A stretch of 64,000 nt of DNA from Isurus oxyrinchus. Lineage: Eukaryota. A program made the position numbers and the translations under genes. Where the stretch lies: the NCBI GenBank assembly GCA_026770705.1, contig JANJGN010000001.1, forward strand, positions 76,198,001 to 76,262,000. Reading direction: 5' to 3'. The first letter of the stretch is position 1; the number at the start of each line of letters is the position of its first letter. Positions 24,551 through 36,870 of this stretch are shown one piece after another. Below the pieces are notes generated by a model. That model was not told where the DNA came from and did not search any database. It worked only from the letters and a program-made list of their open reading frames with translations.

Positions 24551-24629
24551 CAAAAACAAAAAATGCTGGAAAAAATCAGCAGGTCTGATGGCATATGTGG
24601 AGAGAGAGACAGAGTTAACGTTTCAAGTC
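24551..24629 (-). mobile_element. 79-bp Penelope pLTR terminal fragment
   Basis: Matches the pLTR end; 15-bp TSD TGAGTATATTTGGGA at 24536-24550 and 24630-24644. Confidence 0.75.
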
Positions 24630-27286
24630 TGAGTATATTTGGGAATTTGCTTCAAAGTGGGAATTCGGCGTATAGGGGCAAAGAGGTGCTTTAGGTAAGG
24701 TTTACTGCAAGAAGTAAAGCGTACTGAATGAAGAGTTCAGTGAAGGGCAGGGAGGAGGTGCTTTTTTTTTTTTGCTTCTACTCTTTTTCAGCCCCTAGTA
24801 TTTGATTTCCACTTTGCAGCAGAAGGAGCAGGTAAACCAGTAACTAGTATTATTAGTTTTATCAGTATTATAAGTACTGTATTGTTTTATCAGTGTTGTA
24901 AAGTTTACTGGCAGTGCCAAAACCTATTGGGAAGTATAAGTTTTATTAATATTAATTAATTAACAAATTAATTAGCACATATTGGAGATCGCAGGGCAAG
25001 TGATGTGTTGCGATTGCAGAATGTGGGAACTTTTGGATACCAGTGTGATCCAGGGCAAACGCATCTGCAGTAAGTGTTTATGGCTATAGGAACTTCAACT
25101 CTGAGTTATTGAGCAGGAGGCTGAGCTGCAGACACTGCAGCATATTAGGGAGGGGGAAAGTTACCTGGACACTTTATTCCAGGAAGTGGTCATACCCCTT
25201 AGGATGGAGTCTTTTGATTTGGTCAGTGGTCAGGGATAGGAGAGTATGACTGCAAGTGAGGCAGGTAAGAGGACCCAGAGGGCAGGGGTGCAGGAGCCTC
25301 GGCCCTTGCAATTGTCCAATAGGTTTGAAGATTTTTTCAGCTTGTTTGGATGAGAGTGGAAGCTTCAGGGTGGGTGAGCTAACTGGCCATGGCACTGTGG
25401 TACAGGAAGCCATTTCAGCAGGGGAGAGTTACAAGGAATGTATTGGTAGTAGGGGACAGTGTAGTCAAGAGGGATTGACACCGTTCTCTGCAGCAAAGAA
25501 TGAAAGTCCAGACAGCTGTGTTGCCTACCTGGTCCCAGGATTCATGACATCTGCTCGGGACTGGAGATGAATTTGCAGTGGGAGGGGGAGGACCCTGTTG
25601 TCATGGTCCATGTTGATACCAATAACATAGGCAAGGCAGAGAAGGAGGTTCTGCGTAGTCAGCATGAAGAGCTTGGCACCAAAATAAGAAGCAGATCCTC
25701 AAAGGCCATTACCTCTGAATTATTACCTGAACCACATGCAAATTGGCATAGGACAAATGAGATTACAGAGGTGAATGCGTGGCTCAAAGCTAAGTTGTGG
25801 GGGCAAGAGTACAAATTTGGGAAGATGTGGTAAACCAAAGAGTAGAGACAAGGCAAAGAGAAAGGTATAATTATGGGAAATGGAAAAACAGACCATGACT
25901 GGAAGGGATAGAGAGTACAAATCTAACAGTAAATCAACAAATGAGACTAGAGGTTATCAAAAGAATACCAGGATAAAACTCAAGACTCTATCTGAATGCA
26001 CGAAGCATTCAAAACAAAGCAGATGAACTGAGAGTGCACACAGAAATAAATAAGTATGATTTGATAGCCACTGCAGAGACATGGCTGCAGGAGGACATGG
26101 ATTGGGACCTGAATATTAAAGGGTATAGGACATTTAGGAACAACAGGAAGTGAGGAAAAGGTGAAGAGGTGACCCTATTAGATAATGATGGTATTAGCAC
26201 AATACAGAGGGATGACCTCAGTTCAGGAAACCAGGATGTGGAAACGGATTGGGTAGAGATGAGAAATGGTAAAGGCAAGAATTCACTTGTGGGAGTCGTG
26301 TATAGGCCCCTAATAGTAACCACATGGTAGAATGGAACATATACAAAGAAATAAAGGGAGCTTGTCCGAAAGGCACGGCGATAATCATGATTTTAATCTA
26401 CATATAAACTGGAAAAGTCAGATGGGCAAATATAGCCTAGGTGAGGAGCTCCTAGAATGTTTCTGGGATAGTTTCTTAGAACAGCATGTTCTGGAGCCAA
26501 CCAGAGACCAGGCTATACTAGACCTGGTATTGTGCAATGAGATGGGATTAATTAATGATCTCACAGTGAAGGTGCCCCTAGGTAGCAGTGACCATAATAT
26601 CCTTGAGTTTTACATACAGCTTGAGGGAGTGAAGAGTGGATCCAAGACTATATTGTTAAGCTTAAATAAGGGCAGTTATGAGGGCATGAATGCAGAGCTG
26701 GCTAAAGTGAATTGGCAAATTAGGTTAAGGGGGGATCGGTCAATAGAGGTGCAGTGGCAAACATTTAAGGTGATGTTTCAGAATACACAGAATGGATACA
26801 TTCCAACGAGCAAGAAAATGCCCAAGGGATAGAAAGTGGGAAACAACAGGCCAGTTAGCTTAACATCTGTCATATAGAAAATGGTAGAACCTCACATTAA
26901 AGAAGCTATAGTAGGGCACTTGGATAAATTCATGGTATTCAGGCAGTGTCAACATGGCTTTATGGAGGGAAATCATGTTTAACCAACTTACTGCAGTTCT
27001 TTGAGGGAGTAACATGTGCTGTGTGGAGCGGGGAACAGATGGACGCACTGTACTTAGATTTCCAGGTGACATTTGATAAAGTGTTGCGTCTAAGGTATTG
27101 TGGAAAATAAAAACTCATGACATAGAGGGTGACATACTGGCATGGATAGAAGATTGGCTGCTAACAGGAAGCAGAGAGTAGGCATAAATGGGTCCTTTTT
27201 CAGGTTGGCAAGATGTAACGAATGGTGTGCCACAGGGATCAGTGTAGTGACTTCAACTGTTTACAATTTGTATAGATGACTTGGAT

Positions 27287-28194
27287 TGTGATGAAAGTAT
27301 AATAATTTTCATAATTTTCTGGTTTATTGTGAAGTAGGTATATGGGGGTAAGTATAGTTGGGTCTGTGTGTGATCTAATTACATTTGGAGTCAAGTAGAC
27401 TGCAAGTTTGAAATCATCAAAAGAAGCTAAGTGCTTGACATGCTAATGAGTAAACATGGATGCTGGCTTAGCACGTAAAGTGCGAAAGAAATTTGTATTT
27501 TAGGTAAATGAAGAGATTTGGATTTTAAAGGGATCTTAGTCTATTTACAACTAGCCAGATAAGCAAGGCTAAGGAATGTGTTTATTTTTTGCAAAGGTTA
27601 CTGACTATATATTGGCAACATGAAAGTTTTTATATTATGAGGAAGATACAGTTTCAAAGACATATGGAACAATAGAATTTACATATTAAAAAGAGAGAAA
27701 CATATATAAAGGAGAATGAAAGGCTATGTGTCTGAAGGCCATGTAAGGTCTAACAGGAGTGTGTGACATAGTCTTAATGAAGCGTCCAATATTTGTGCAT
27801 AAGTCTATATAACAAAACTGAAGTTGGGAAAAAGCCATTTGGGATTCCGCTGTAAAGTGGTCATCGTGTTAATTTGCTGGTTCTGTTTTAAATCTAAAAC
27901 CTATTTTGGGCCATTGCCTTGAAGTGGGTGCAACTGGGGGTCAGGTTAATTAGGAATTTTAGGAGCTATTTTGGTAGTAAGTAATTCTAGTCTTAAATGT
28001 GTGCTTGACATATTTCATTTTGATAAAGTAATTTAATTCTTAAAATCTTTAAAGGTCTTGGTGCACTTATTACTTCTGAATTCAGCACACACATTTCATA
28101 ATAAATACAAATTGCAAAACCGTTGTGATAGTGCGATCAAGTTTCCCTTGTGGACTTGGTCTGCCTGGCACATGTCATCTGTCGCGTCATAACA
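27287..28194 (+). mobile_element. Solo LTR (908 bp) inserted in CR1
   Basis: TGTGATGA...TCATAACA termini; 4-bp TSD GGAT at 27283-27286 and 28195-28198; CR1 RT resumes across the insertion. Confidence 0.9.
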
Positions 28195-30009
28195 GGATGA
28201 AGGATGGAATGGTTACCAAATTTGCCTCTTGGCACAAAGATGAGTAGGAAAGTAACTTGTAAAAAGGACATAAGGAGGCCACAAAAAGATATAGATAGGC
28301 CAAGTGAGTGGACAAAGATCTGGCAAATGGAGTATTATGTGAAAAAATGTGAAATTGTCCATTTTGGCAGGAAGAATAAAAGAGAAGCAAATTTAAATTG
28401 TGAGAGATTACAGAGCTCTGAGATGCGGAGGGACTTTGGTGTCTCAGTGCATGAATCGCAAAAGGCTAGTAGGTAGGTACAGCTTGTAATTGGGAAACCT
28501 AATGGAATGTTACAATTTATTGCGAGGGGAATTGAATACAAAAGTAGGGAGGTTATGCTTCAGTTACACAGAGCACTAGTGAGACCTCATCTGGAGTATT
28601 GTGTACAGTATTGGTCACCTTATTTAAGGATGGATGTAAATGCATTGGAAACAGTTCAGAGAAGGTTTACCAGGCTAATACCTGGAAATGGTTGGCTTGT
28701 CTTAAGAGGAAAGGTTGGACAGGCTAGGCTTGTATCCGCTGGGGTTTAGTAGAGTAAAAGGCAAGTTGATTGAAACATATAAAATCCTGAGGGGACTTGA
28801 CAGGGTAGATGTGGAGAGGATGTTTCTTGTTGTTGGAGACTCTAGAACTAGGGGTCACGACTTAAAAATAAGGGGTCACCCATTTAAAATAGAGATGAGG
28901 CGAAATTGATTCTCTCAGGGTCATGAGCCTTTGAAACTTATTTCTTGAAAAAGTGGCGGAAGCAGTCTTTGAATATTTTTAAGATAGAGGTGGAAGACTT
29001 TTGGTAAGCAAATGGCTGATAGGTTATCGGGGGTAGGTGGGTTGCAGATTTGAGGTTACTATCAGATCAGCCATGATCTTATTAAAAGGCAGAGCAGGCT
29101 CGAGGGGATGAATGGCCCACACCTGTTCCTTGTTCCTATGTATCGTATGTCATTTTGTATAATATAATAAGCTATCTCACCTGGCATAATGAATGGCACT
29201 TAATAGAAGTGCTAACATACTGCCAGTGTTGTGCATATCACTAACTAGAATGGATGAATTGACTGCAAAATGTGAGCACCATAAAAGAGAAAAATATAAT
29301 CACTTGGTGCACTTTTATTACGTGGATTCAATTGTATCTTATATGTACAGTTCTCTTTTTTTGATTTGTTGATGTAAGATAATGAGATTCAAATATGGCA
29401 TGAAACATTTCTGAATCACATCAATTTACAATTTAGTAATAGGTATGAATTTATTGACTCAGTTAATTGCATCTAACAACCCATCTCTCTGAAGTGCTAA
29501 AGTATGATTTCCGGCACTTTAGCAACATTAGTGGTCATGTCTGAGGCTTTTAGCTTGTTTTTTCAGTACCACTGGGAGATGGCTACCTCAGCCCTTTATA
29601 TATTGCACATCAAATTGTTTTATTGTTCTTGTAATGTGTGTACATACAGTGTTGAAGTATTAAATTAGTCATGAAAGACATTGACCATTAAGCTCTTCCA
29701 GGGCGATTAAAACTCACTTAAGGTTTGATTCAACTAAGGTTTATTTGGAAGTTGTTTAGTCTAGGGTGTTCCTTGGTAATTGTGTGTGAAGTGGATAATG
29801 CTAAATTATATCATGATAAATGTGTTTTATTCTCTCTTTCAGCAATTTTTATCTTCACTAAATTATAAAGTAAAGATTTGTAGCAAACGCCAGTCAATTG
29901 ACAGTGATGGTGTGAAGGCCATGGACCATATGGATCACATGGCAACCAGATTTATTTCTGTTTCATTTGGGAAGAACTCTCTGATTTTTTTTTCCAATTT
30001 TTATTACAG

Positions 30010-30074
30010 GAATGGCAGAACTCCATTCAGAAAAATGCTGGTCTTGCATTTATTGAGCTTGTTAATGAAGGAAG
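30010..30074 (+). CDS. LRBA: LRBA (BEACH-domain protein) internal coding exon, 65 bp
   Basis: [21 protein letters not shown](R); polypyrimidine tract and acceptor ttacag, donor AG|gtaatg. ELVNEGR is the LRBA rather than NBEA reading as recalled. Confidence 0.95.
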
Positions 30075-31870
30075 GTAATGTTGTTTTAATATTTTTTATT
30101 CTAAGAGGTAGATCTTTGTTAAATTAAGCTTTTAGTTACCAAAGAGTTTGCAGTATATTCCAATATGTCCATATGCACATGGATGACTGATGCAAGATTT
30201 CCAACTTCAGAATTCAAAGGTTCATAACACCTGTGTTAGTGAGCAAATGCCACTGTGATCTATGTCTCAAGGTCACTGCTGCCAAACTTTTCAGCTGTAG
30301 GGTAGTTTTTCAGTGAAGAAATTTGTTACCCTCTGAAAAAAAGCATTACATCATGTATTGTGCCACTAAGAATTTAGCAGAGGTTTTGACTTTTTTTCAA
30401 TACCTGTTTTTTCTCCTGTTCTATAATTATGTACAAGTAAACATGATAGTTATTTTGGATAGAGAAATGCCTATTGAAAGAACTTCAGATAAGCAAATCC
30501 ATTCTTCAGGCCCAATTAAGAATGCAAAGACAAAATAATACGTCAGCAATGTTTATTCACTTAAATCCTGTGAAACTATTTGGTCGGTATCATGTACTAT
30601 ATAATATCTATGAAACATGCGTTGAGTATACATTTATGAATTGTAATAGTTTGTAGATTGTCCTACCCCTGAGAATTGACTTTTTTTAAAAAGGTCTGAT
30701 TCTTGTGTTTATGCAACATCAGTTTTGGTTTTCCTTTTACAAAGCCATGTTACATAAATTTGGTGGAAAATAAAACTACTTTGCAAGGAAATTGTTTAAA
30801 TATATTAAGTTTGCAGAAGGTTTATGATAATACTTGGAAAAACATTTTTGTTGTGTAAGGGAAAACTAGAAGTTTTGCTACTGAATTTGATCCCAGGGGC
30901 CAGTGTAAAGTAACAAGGGTATTAGGTTACACTGGAAGGACCTGGCCTGTTGTTTTTTCTCATTATATGGTTCTGACCTGCTTTGACCTCTTGGAACAGA
31001 ATGGTTGCTCTGAATTTGGCCCTTGATTAATATTTTATGAGCCCTGATAACACTAGGATTCTGTGCAACCATAAGAGAGTTGGTAAGGTCTATCTGGATT
31101 AGATGTTAATCATTAACAAATCAATTAGTGATGTAGAAGTGTAAGCAATTACCAGCCCTTTTTTTTTAGATGTTATGTGCTAAGGGAGCACAGCAAGGTC
31201 TTCCACAAAGTTTGTGGTTAAATAATCCAGTCTGAAATTTTTAACTGCACTAATGGGATGGTATCATAATTCCTAATTTCACATATTCCATATATTGATG
31301 AAGTATAACCTAGCTTAAAGTGTAGGGAAATCATGTGATAAGCATGCATTTGTAAATGTCATCATGCAATACATTGCCTGCTTCAAAAACAAATCAGGTT
31401 TTTATTTGTTCGTTCGTGAGATGTGTACACATGTCAAGGCCAGCATTTATTTCCCAACCCTTGAACATGATGGTGAACAGCCTTCTTGGACCACTGTATT
31501 TAAAGAGCCTTTAGCTATGCAGATATGGGGCCCAACAACATCTTGTGCTGAAGACTTGTGCTCTAGATCTAGTTATGCCTCATCCCAGCTGTCCTAGTAC
31601 ATACGGGACATCATCTAATAAAAGTTGATAGCACAAACTGGTCTACTCAATTGGTTGGGCCTAATGTGTTGATGCCACACATAACACAAAACATCTCTAA
31701 TATGTGTTTGCATAAAACTTGGCCCTGTTTAGGTTTGTGTTGCATCCCTTCTTGTGTGCTCACTTGCATTTGGAACATTAAGGAATAATTTTTTTTTAAA
31801 ACAAGCTGTATGGAAGTTGTATCAACTAAGCCTGCACTAGTTCCCACTCACTTTAGTTCCTAGTAAATTT

Positions 31871-31871
<1 letters not shown>

Positions 31872-31916
<45 letters not shown>

Positions 31917-31925
31917 ATATATGTA
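31872..31925. repeat. (TA)n microsatellite
   Basis: Direct inspection. Confidence 0.9.
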
Positions 31926-32289
31926 TGTTTTTTGGACTTTTTCAAATTTATATATTTTAAGTGTTTTCCTTGGACAATTGCATTAGTTTAGGCACCCAGA
32001 ATTGGGCAGCTGCAAGGACTTATTGTAGATTAATCATATTTGATGTAGCATTCTGACAAGATGGTCATTGTGTCACACCAATAGATTTTGCCTAAGGCCA
32101 TTTCCCGGTTGCCTTACTTTATCTTCTGCCACTGAATTCATAACTGGAATGTAATTTTCTCTTTGTGGATGCTTGCAGAATCCTAAGCTATTATCACTTT
32201 TGCAGAGATATTTGTTTCTTGGAGTGCAAGAACCTGAAGAATGCTGATAACTGAGCAGTAGATAACCAAATGTATGGTTGGGTAGAATG

Positions 32290-35200
32290 AAAGCAGAGTG
32301 CTGGAAATACTCCAGGTCTCACAACATCTGTGGAGAAAGAAAGTTAAATGTTTTGAGTCGAATATGACTTCAGAACTGAAGGAAGGCAGAAATGTGTTGG
32401 GTTTTATGCCATTGAAAGGGGGGTGGGGAAAGAAGAACATAACATAAGAAATAGGAGCAGGAGTAGGCCATTCTGCCCATCAAACATGCTCTGCCATTCA
32501 GTAAAATCATTGCTGATCTGATTGTGGCCTTAACTCCACTTTCCTACCTTCCCCAATAACCCTTTATTTCTATGTCAATCAAAAATCTGTCTAACTCAGC
32601 CTTGAATATATTCAATGACCCAGCCTTTACTGCTCCTTGAAGAAGAGAATTCCTGAGGTCAACAGCCTTCTTAGAGAAGAAATTCCTTCTCATCTCCATT
32701 TTAAATAGGAGATCCTTTATTTTTAAACTGTGCCCCCTAATTCTGGATTTCCCCCATGAGAGAAAACATCGTCTTATCATCTACTCTGCCAAACCCCCTC
32801 AGAATCTTGCATGTTTCAACAAAAAGGAATGTATGGGTTAGGATAGAAGATGGGAGAGATTAAATGATGAAGATGTCATGGAACAAAAGGCAAATGGAGT
32901 GGTAATGGTTGTAGTAAAGAAAGAAAGCATTTGTCCAGAGTGTGAATGGCAGAAAGAACAGCTCTGACGGAAAGCTAAAACAAAATTAAACAGGCACATG
33001 GCAAAAAAAAATATAAATGGGGTCAGAGTCCTTGGAAATTGTTGAACTTAGTGCGAGTCCAGAAACTTCAAATGCTGAATTAGAAGATGAGGTGCTGTTC
33101 CTAGAGTTTGAGTTGAGCTTCACTGGAACACTGTAGCAGGCTGAGGACAGAAATGTGAATGCGAGAGCAAGTTGATGAATTATAATGGTAAGTAACTGCA
33201 AGCTCAGGGCCATGCATATGTACTGAGTGGAGGTGTTCTGTAAAACAGTTCTCCATTCTGCATTTGGTCTCCCTAATGTAGAGTAGACCACATTGTGAGC
33301 AGCGAATACAATATGCTAAATTGAAAGAAGTGCAAGTAAATCGCTCCTTCACCTGGAATGAATGTTTGGGGCCTTGGATAGTGAGGTAAAAGAGCAGGTG
33401 TTACAGCTCCTGTGACTGCATGGGAAGGGGACAAGGTGTTGGGGATGATTGAGGATTGGATCACTGTGTTATGGAGGGAATGGCCCCATCTGAATGCTGA
33501 CAAGGGAGGGAAGGGGCAGATGTTTTTGGTGGTGACATCATGCTGTAGGTGGCAGAAATGGTGGAGGATGATCTTTTGAATGTGGAGGCTAGTGGGGTGG
33601 AAAGTAAGGACAAGGGGAATCCTATCATGGTTCTGGGATGGAGGGGACAGGCTGAAAGCAGAAGTGCAGTAAAGGGGTCAGTCATGTTTGAGGCCATGTC
33701 ACCCACAGTAGTTTTGGGAGGAGGGGAATCCTTGATTGAGAAAAAGGAAGACATATCAGAAATGCATCAAAACAGATGCGACAGAGATGCATGGCGATCT
33801 CGCGGAAGGCAGTGTGTGATGAAGCATAGTTGAGATAGCTGTGGAAGTCTGTGGGCTTACAGTGAATATTAGTAGATAGCCTATCCCCAGAAATAGAGAT
33901 AGAGAAGTCGAGGAAGGAAGGGAAGTGTTGGCTATGGACCATGTGAAGGTGAGAGAAGGGTGGAAATTAGAAACAAAGTTGAAGCTTACTTACAAAGTTG
34001 AACCGCCTCCTCTTCACCACGGACATCCAATCCCTGTACACCTCCATCCCCCTCCGGGATGATCTGATTGGTCTCTGTTTCTTCCTCGAACAGAGGCCCA
34101 AACAATCCCCATCCATCACTACTCTTCTTCGTATGGCTGAACTTGTTCTCACGCTGAACAATTTCTCCTTTGACTCCTCTCACTTCCTCCAAATAAAAGG
34201 AGTGGCTATGAGTACCCGCATGGGCCCCAGCTATGCCTGTCTCTTTATGGGGTATGTGGAACATTCCTTGTTCCAGTCCTACTCCAGCCCCCTTCCACAA
34301 CTCTTTCTCCGGTACATCGATGATTACTTCGGTGCCGCTTCATGCTCTCATCGGGACTTGGAAAAATTTATTAATTTTGCCTCCGCATTCAAAGGATCAT
34401 CCTCCGCCATTTCCGCCAACTCCAGCATGACGCCACCACCAAACACACCTTCCCTTCACATTCCCTGGCGGCATTCTGCAGGGATCGTTCCCTCCGGGAC
34501 ACCCTGGTCCACTCCTCCATCACCCCCTACACCTCAACCCCCTCCCACGGCACCGTCCCATGCAACCGCAGAAGGTGCAACTCCTGTCCCTTTACTTTCC
34601 GTCTCCTCACCGTCCAAGGGCCCAAACACTCCTTTCAAGTGAAGCAGCATTTCACTTGCACTTCCCTCAATTTAGTCTGCTGCATTCGCTGCTCCCAATG
34701 CGGTCTCCTCTACATTGGAGAGACCAAATGCAGACTGGGTGACCGCTTTGCGGAACACCTTTGGTCTGTCCGCAAGCGACCTCTCTGTCGCTTGCCATTT
34801 CAACACTCCATCCTGCTGTCATGCCCACATGTCCATCCTTGGCCTGCTGCATTGTTCCAATGAAGTTGAACGCAAACTGGAGGAACAGCACCTCATCTTC
34901 TGACTAGGCACTTTACAGCCTTCCAGACTGAATATTGAGTTCAACAATTTTAGATCATGAACTCTGTGCTCCATCCCCACCCCCTTTCCAATCCCCTTTT
35001 TTTCCAATAATTTATAAAGATTTTTTCTTTTCCCACCTATTTCCATTATTTTTAAAAGTATTTCCATCCATTGTTTTATCTCTACCTTTTAGCCTATATC
35101 GATCCCTTCCCCCCACACCACCCCTACTAGGGCTATCTGTATCTTTATTATCACATTCCTTAGATAATATCACCAGCTTCAACACCTTTTGCCTTTTGTC

Positions 35201-36390
35201 TATGACATCTTTAAGTTATCTCCACCTATCACTGGCCCTCTATCCAGCTGTACCTGTCCCACCCCCCCTTAAACCAGATTATATTTCACCTCTTTTCTAT
35301 TTTTCCTTAGTTCTGTTGAAGAGTTATACAGTCTCAAAACGTTAACTGTGTTATTCTCCGCAGATGCTGTCAGACATGCTGAGTTTTGCCAGGTATTTTT
35401 GTTTTTGTTTTGAAGCTTACCAGTTCTTGGCGCCAGTACAGTCTTCAATGTACCGGAACAAGAATTGAGGGAGGAGGGCTGAGTAGGACAGGAACAAGGG
35501 ATGTTCCACGTAGCCCACAAAAAGATGGGCATAACTAGGAACCATGCAGGTACCCATAATGACGCCTTTTATTTGGAGGAAGTGAGACAATTTAAAGGAT
35601 AAATTGATCCATGAGCGAACATGCTCAGCCAGGTGGGGGAGGGTGGTGGTGGATGGAGAGTGGTTTGGACACTGGTCAAGGAAGAGAGGAGAGCCCTCAG
35701 ACCACCCTGGGGTGGGTGGGAGGTGTAGGGAGTTTGGATGTCCATAGTAAAGAGGAGGTGGTTAGGGTCCGGGAACAGGAAATGGTTGAAATGACATAGG
35801 GTGTCAGAAGAGTCATGGATGTAGATAGGAAGAGACTGGACAAAGGGAGAAAAATGGTGTCAACATAGGAAGAGATAAGTTCGGGGGGGGCAGGAACAGG
35901 CTGAAAAGATAGGTCTACTAGGACAGTCCTGTTTGTGATTTTGGAAAGGAGGTAAGAAGCGGTCTTGGTGTTGGGGGACTATAACGTGAGAATCTGTGGA
36001 GGGAAGATCTCCAGAGGAAATGTCAGTGATAGTCCTGAGAACTGTGGCTTGATGTTCGGTGGTGAGGTCATAGTCCAGGGGGAGATGGGAAGAAATGTCT
36101 GAGAGTTGGCACTCAGCCCCTGCAAGGTAGAGATCAGTATGCCAGACAACAACAGCACCAACTTTGTCAACAGGTTTGATAGCAATGTCTGTGTTAGACC
36201 TGAGAGAATAGAATGCAGCAAGTTCAGAGAGAGAGACAGTTAGTGAGAGAAATTAATATGGCTGATGTGATGCCAACAATTCTCAATGTAAAGATCAAAA
36301 GCGGGTAAGAGGCCAGAGGGAGGGGCTCAGATGGAGGGAGAATACTGGAGGTGGGTGAAAGAGTCTACTGGTCTGGGGGATGATTACTAG
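32290..36390 (-). mobile_element. Old Penelope-like element (RT plus GIY-YIG) with a CR1 tail (about 32437-32820) and a younger Penelope nested inside
   Basis: YCIRCSQCGLLYIRETKCR and FLDFSISISGDRLSTNIHCKPTD motifs; upstream RT region resumes after 35420. Confidence 0.88.
33998..35409 (+). mobile_element. Younger Penelope element, 5' truncated and internally deleted
   Basis: DIQSLYTSIP, GVAMSTRMGPSYACLFM and FLRYIDD RT motifs; CIRCSQCGLLYIGETK GIY-YIG motif; 11-bp TSD TTGAAGCTTAC at 33979-33989 and 35410-35420. Confidence 0.93.
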
Positions 36391-36870
36391 TTAAGGCAAT
36401 GCTGGATGATTGCTTGCAGAGGAGAATCACATTGGGAATGTTAAGGATTAAAGAAATAATAACAGCAACTTATATTTGTATGGTTCCTTTAACATAATGA
36501 TATGCTCCAAGAATAAGGGGTATAGCAGGAAGGCAGACAGATGGGATTGGGACAACTGCTCATGTGAAGCATAAATATTGATACAGTTTAAGGAATAAAA
36601 GCCTGCAGCTGTGTGTCTCCTTTGCAGTCCATTGATTCCACATTGGTGCATCCCTCTGCTGAAGGGCCTAAAGTCGATGGACATTTCCAGTGCTTCCACA
36701 GCAAGTGGCTATAGATCTTGTGAGATTCTTGAATGGGTAAGGATGTGATAGCAGCACTTTGAAATTCACTGGTATTTAGAAAAGCTAGGCGTAGAAATGT
36801 TTCTTGTAGAAAGTTTGGTTGAAAATAATCTTGAAAATCATCATGACACATTCTTCCAGACTGAGATAAT

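Larger units (their letters stand above)
24480..29150 (+). mobile_element. Near full-length, internally deleted CR1 LINE (5'UTR, ORF1 esterase, ORF2 EN and RT, tail) with nested insertions
   Basis: VVMVHVDTNNIG; EPTRDQAILDLVL...LGSSDHN; LVRPHLEYCVQYWSP; tail near 29140. Confidence 0.9.
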
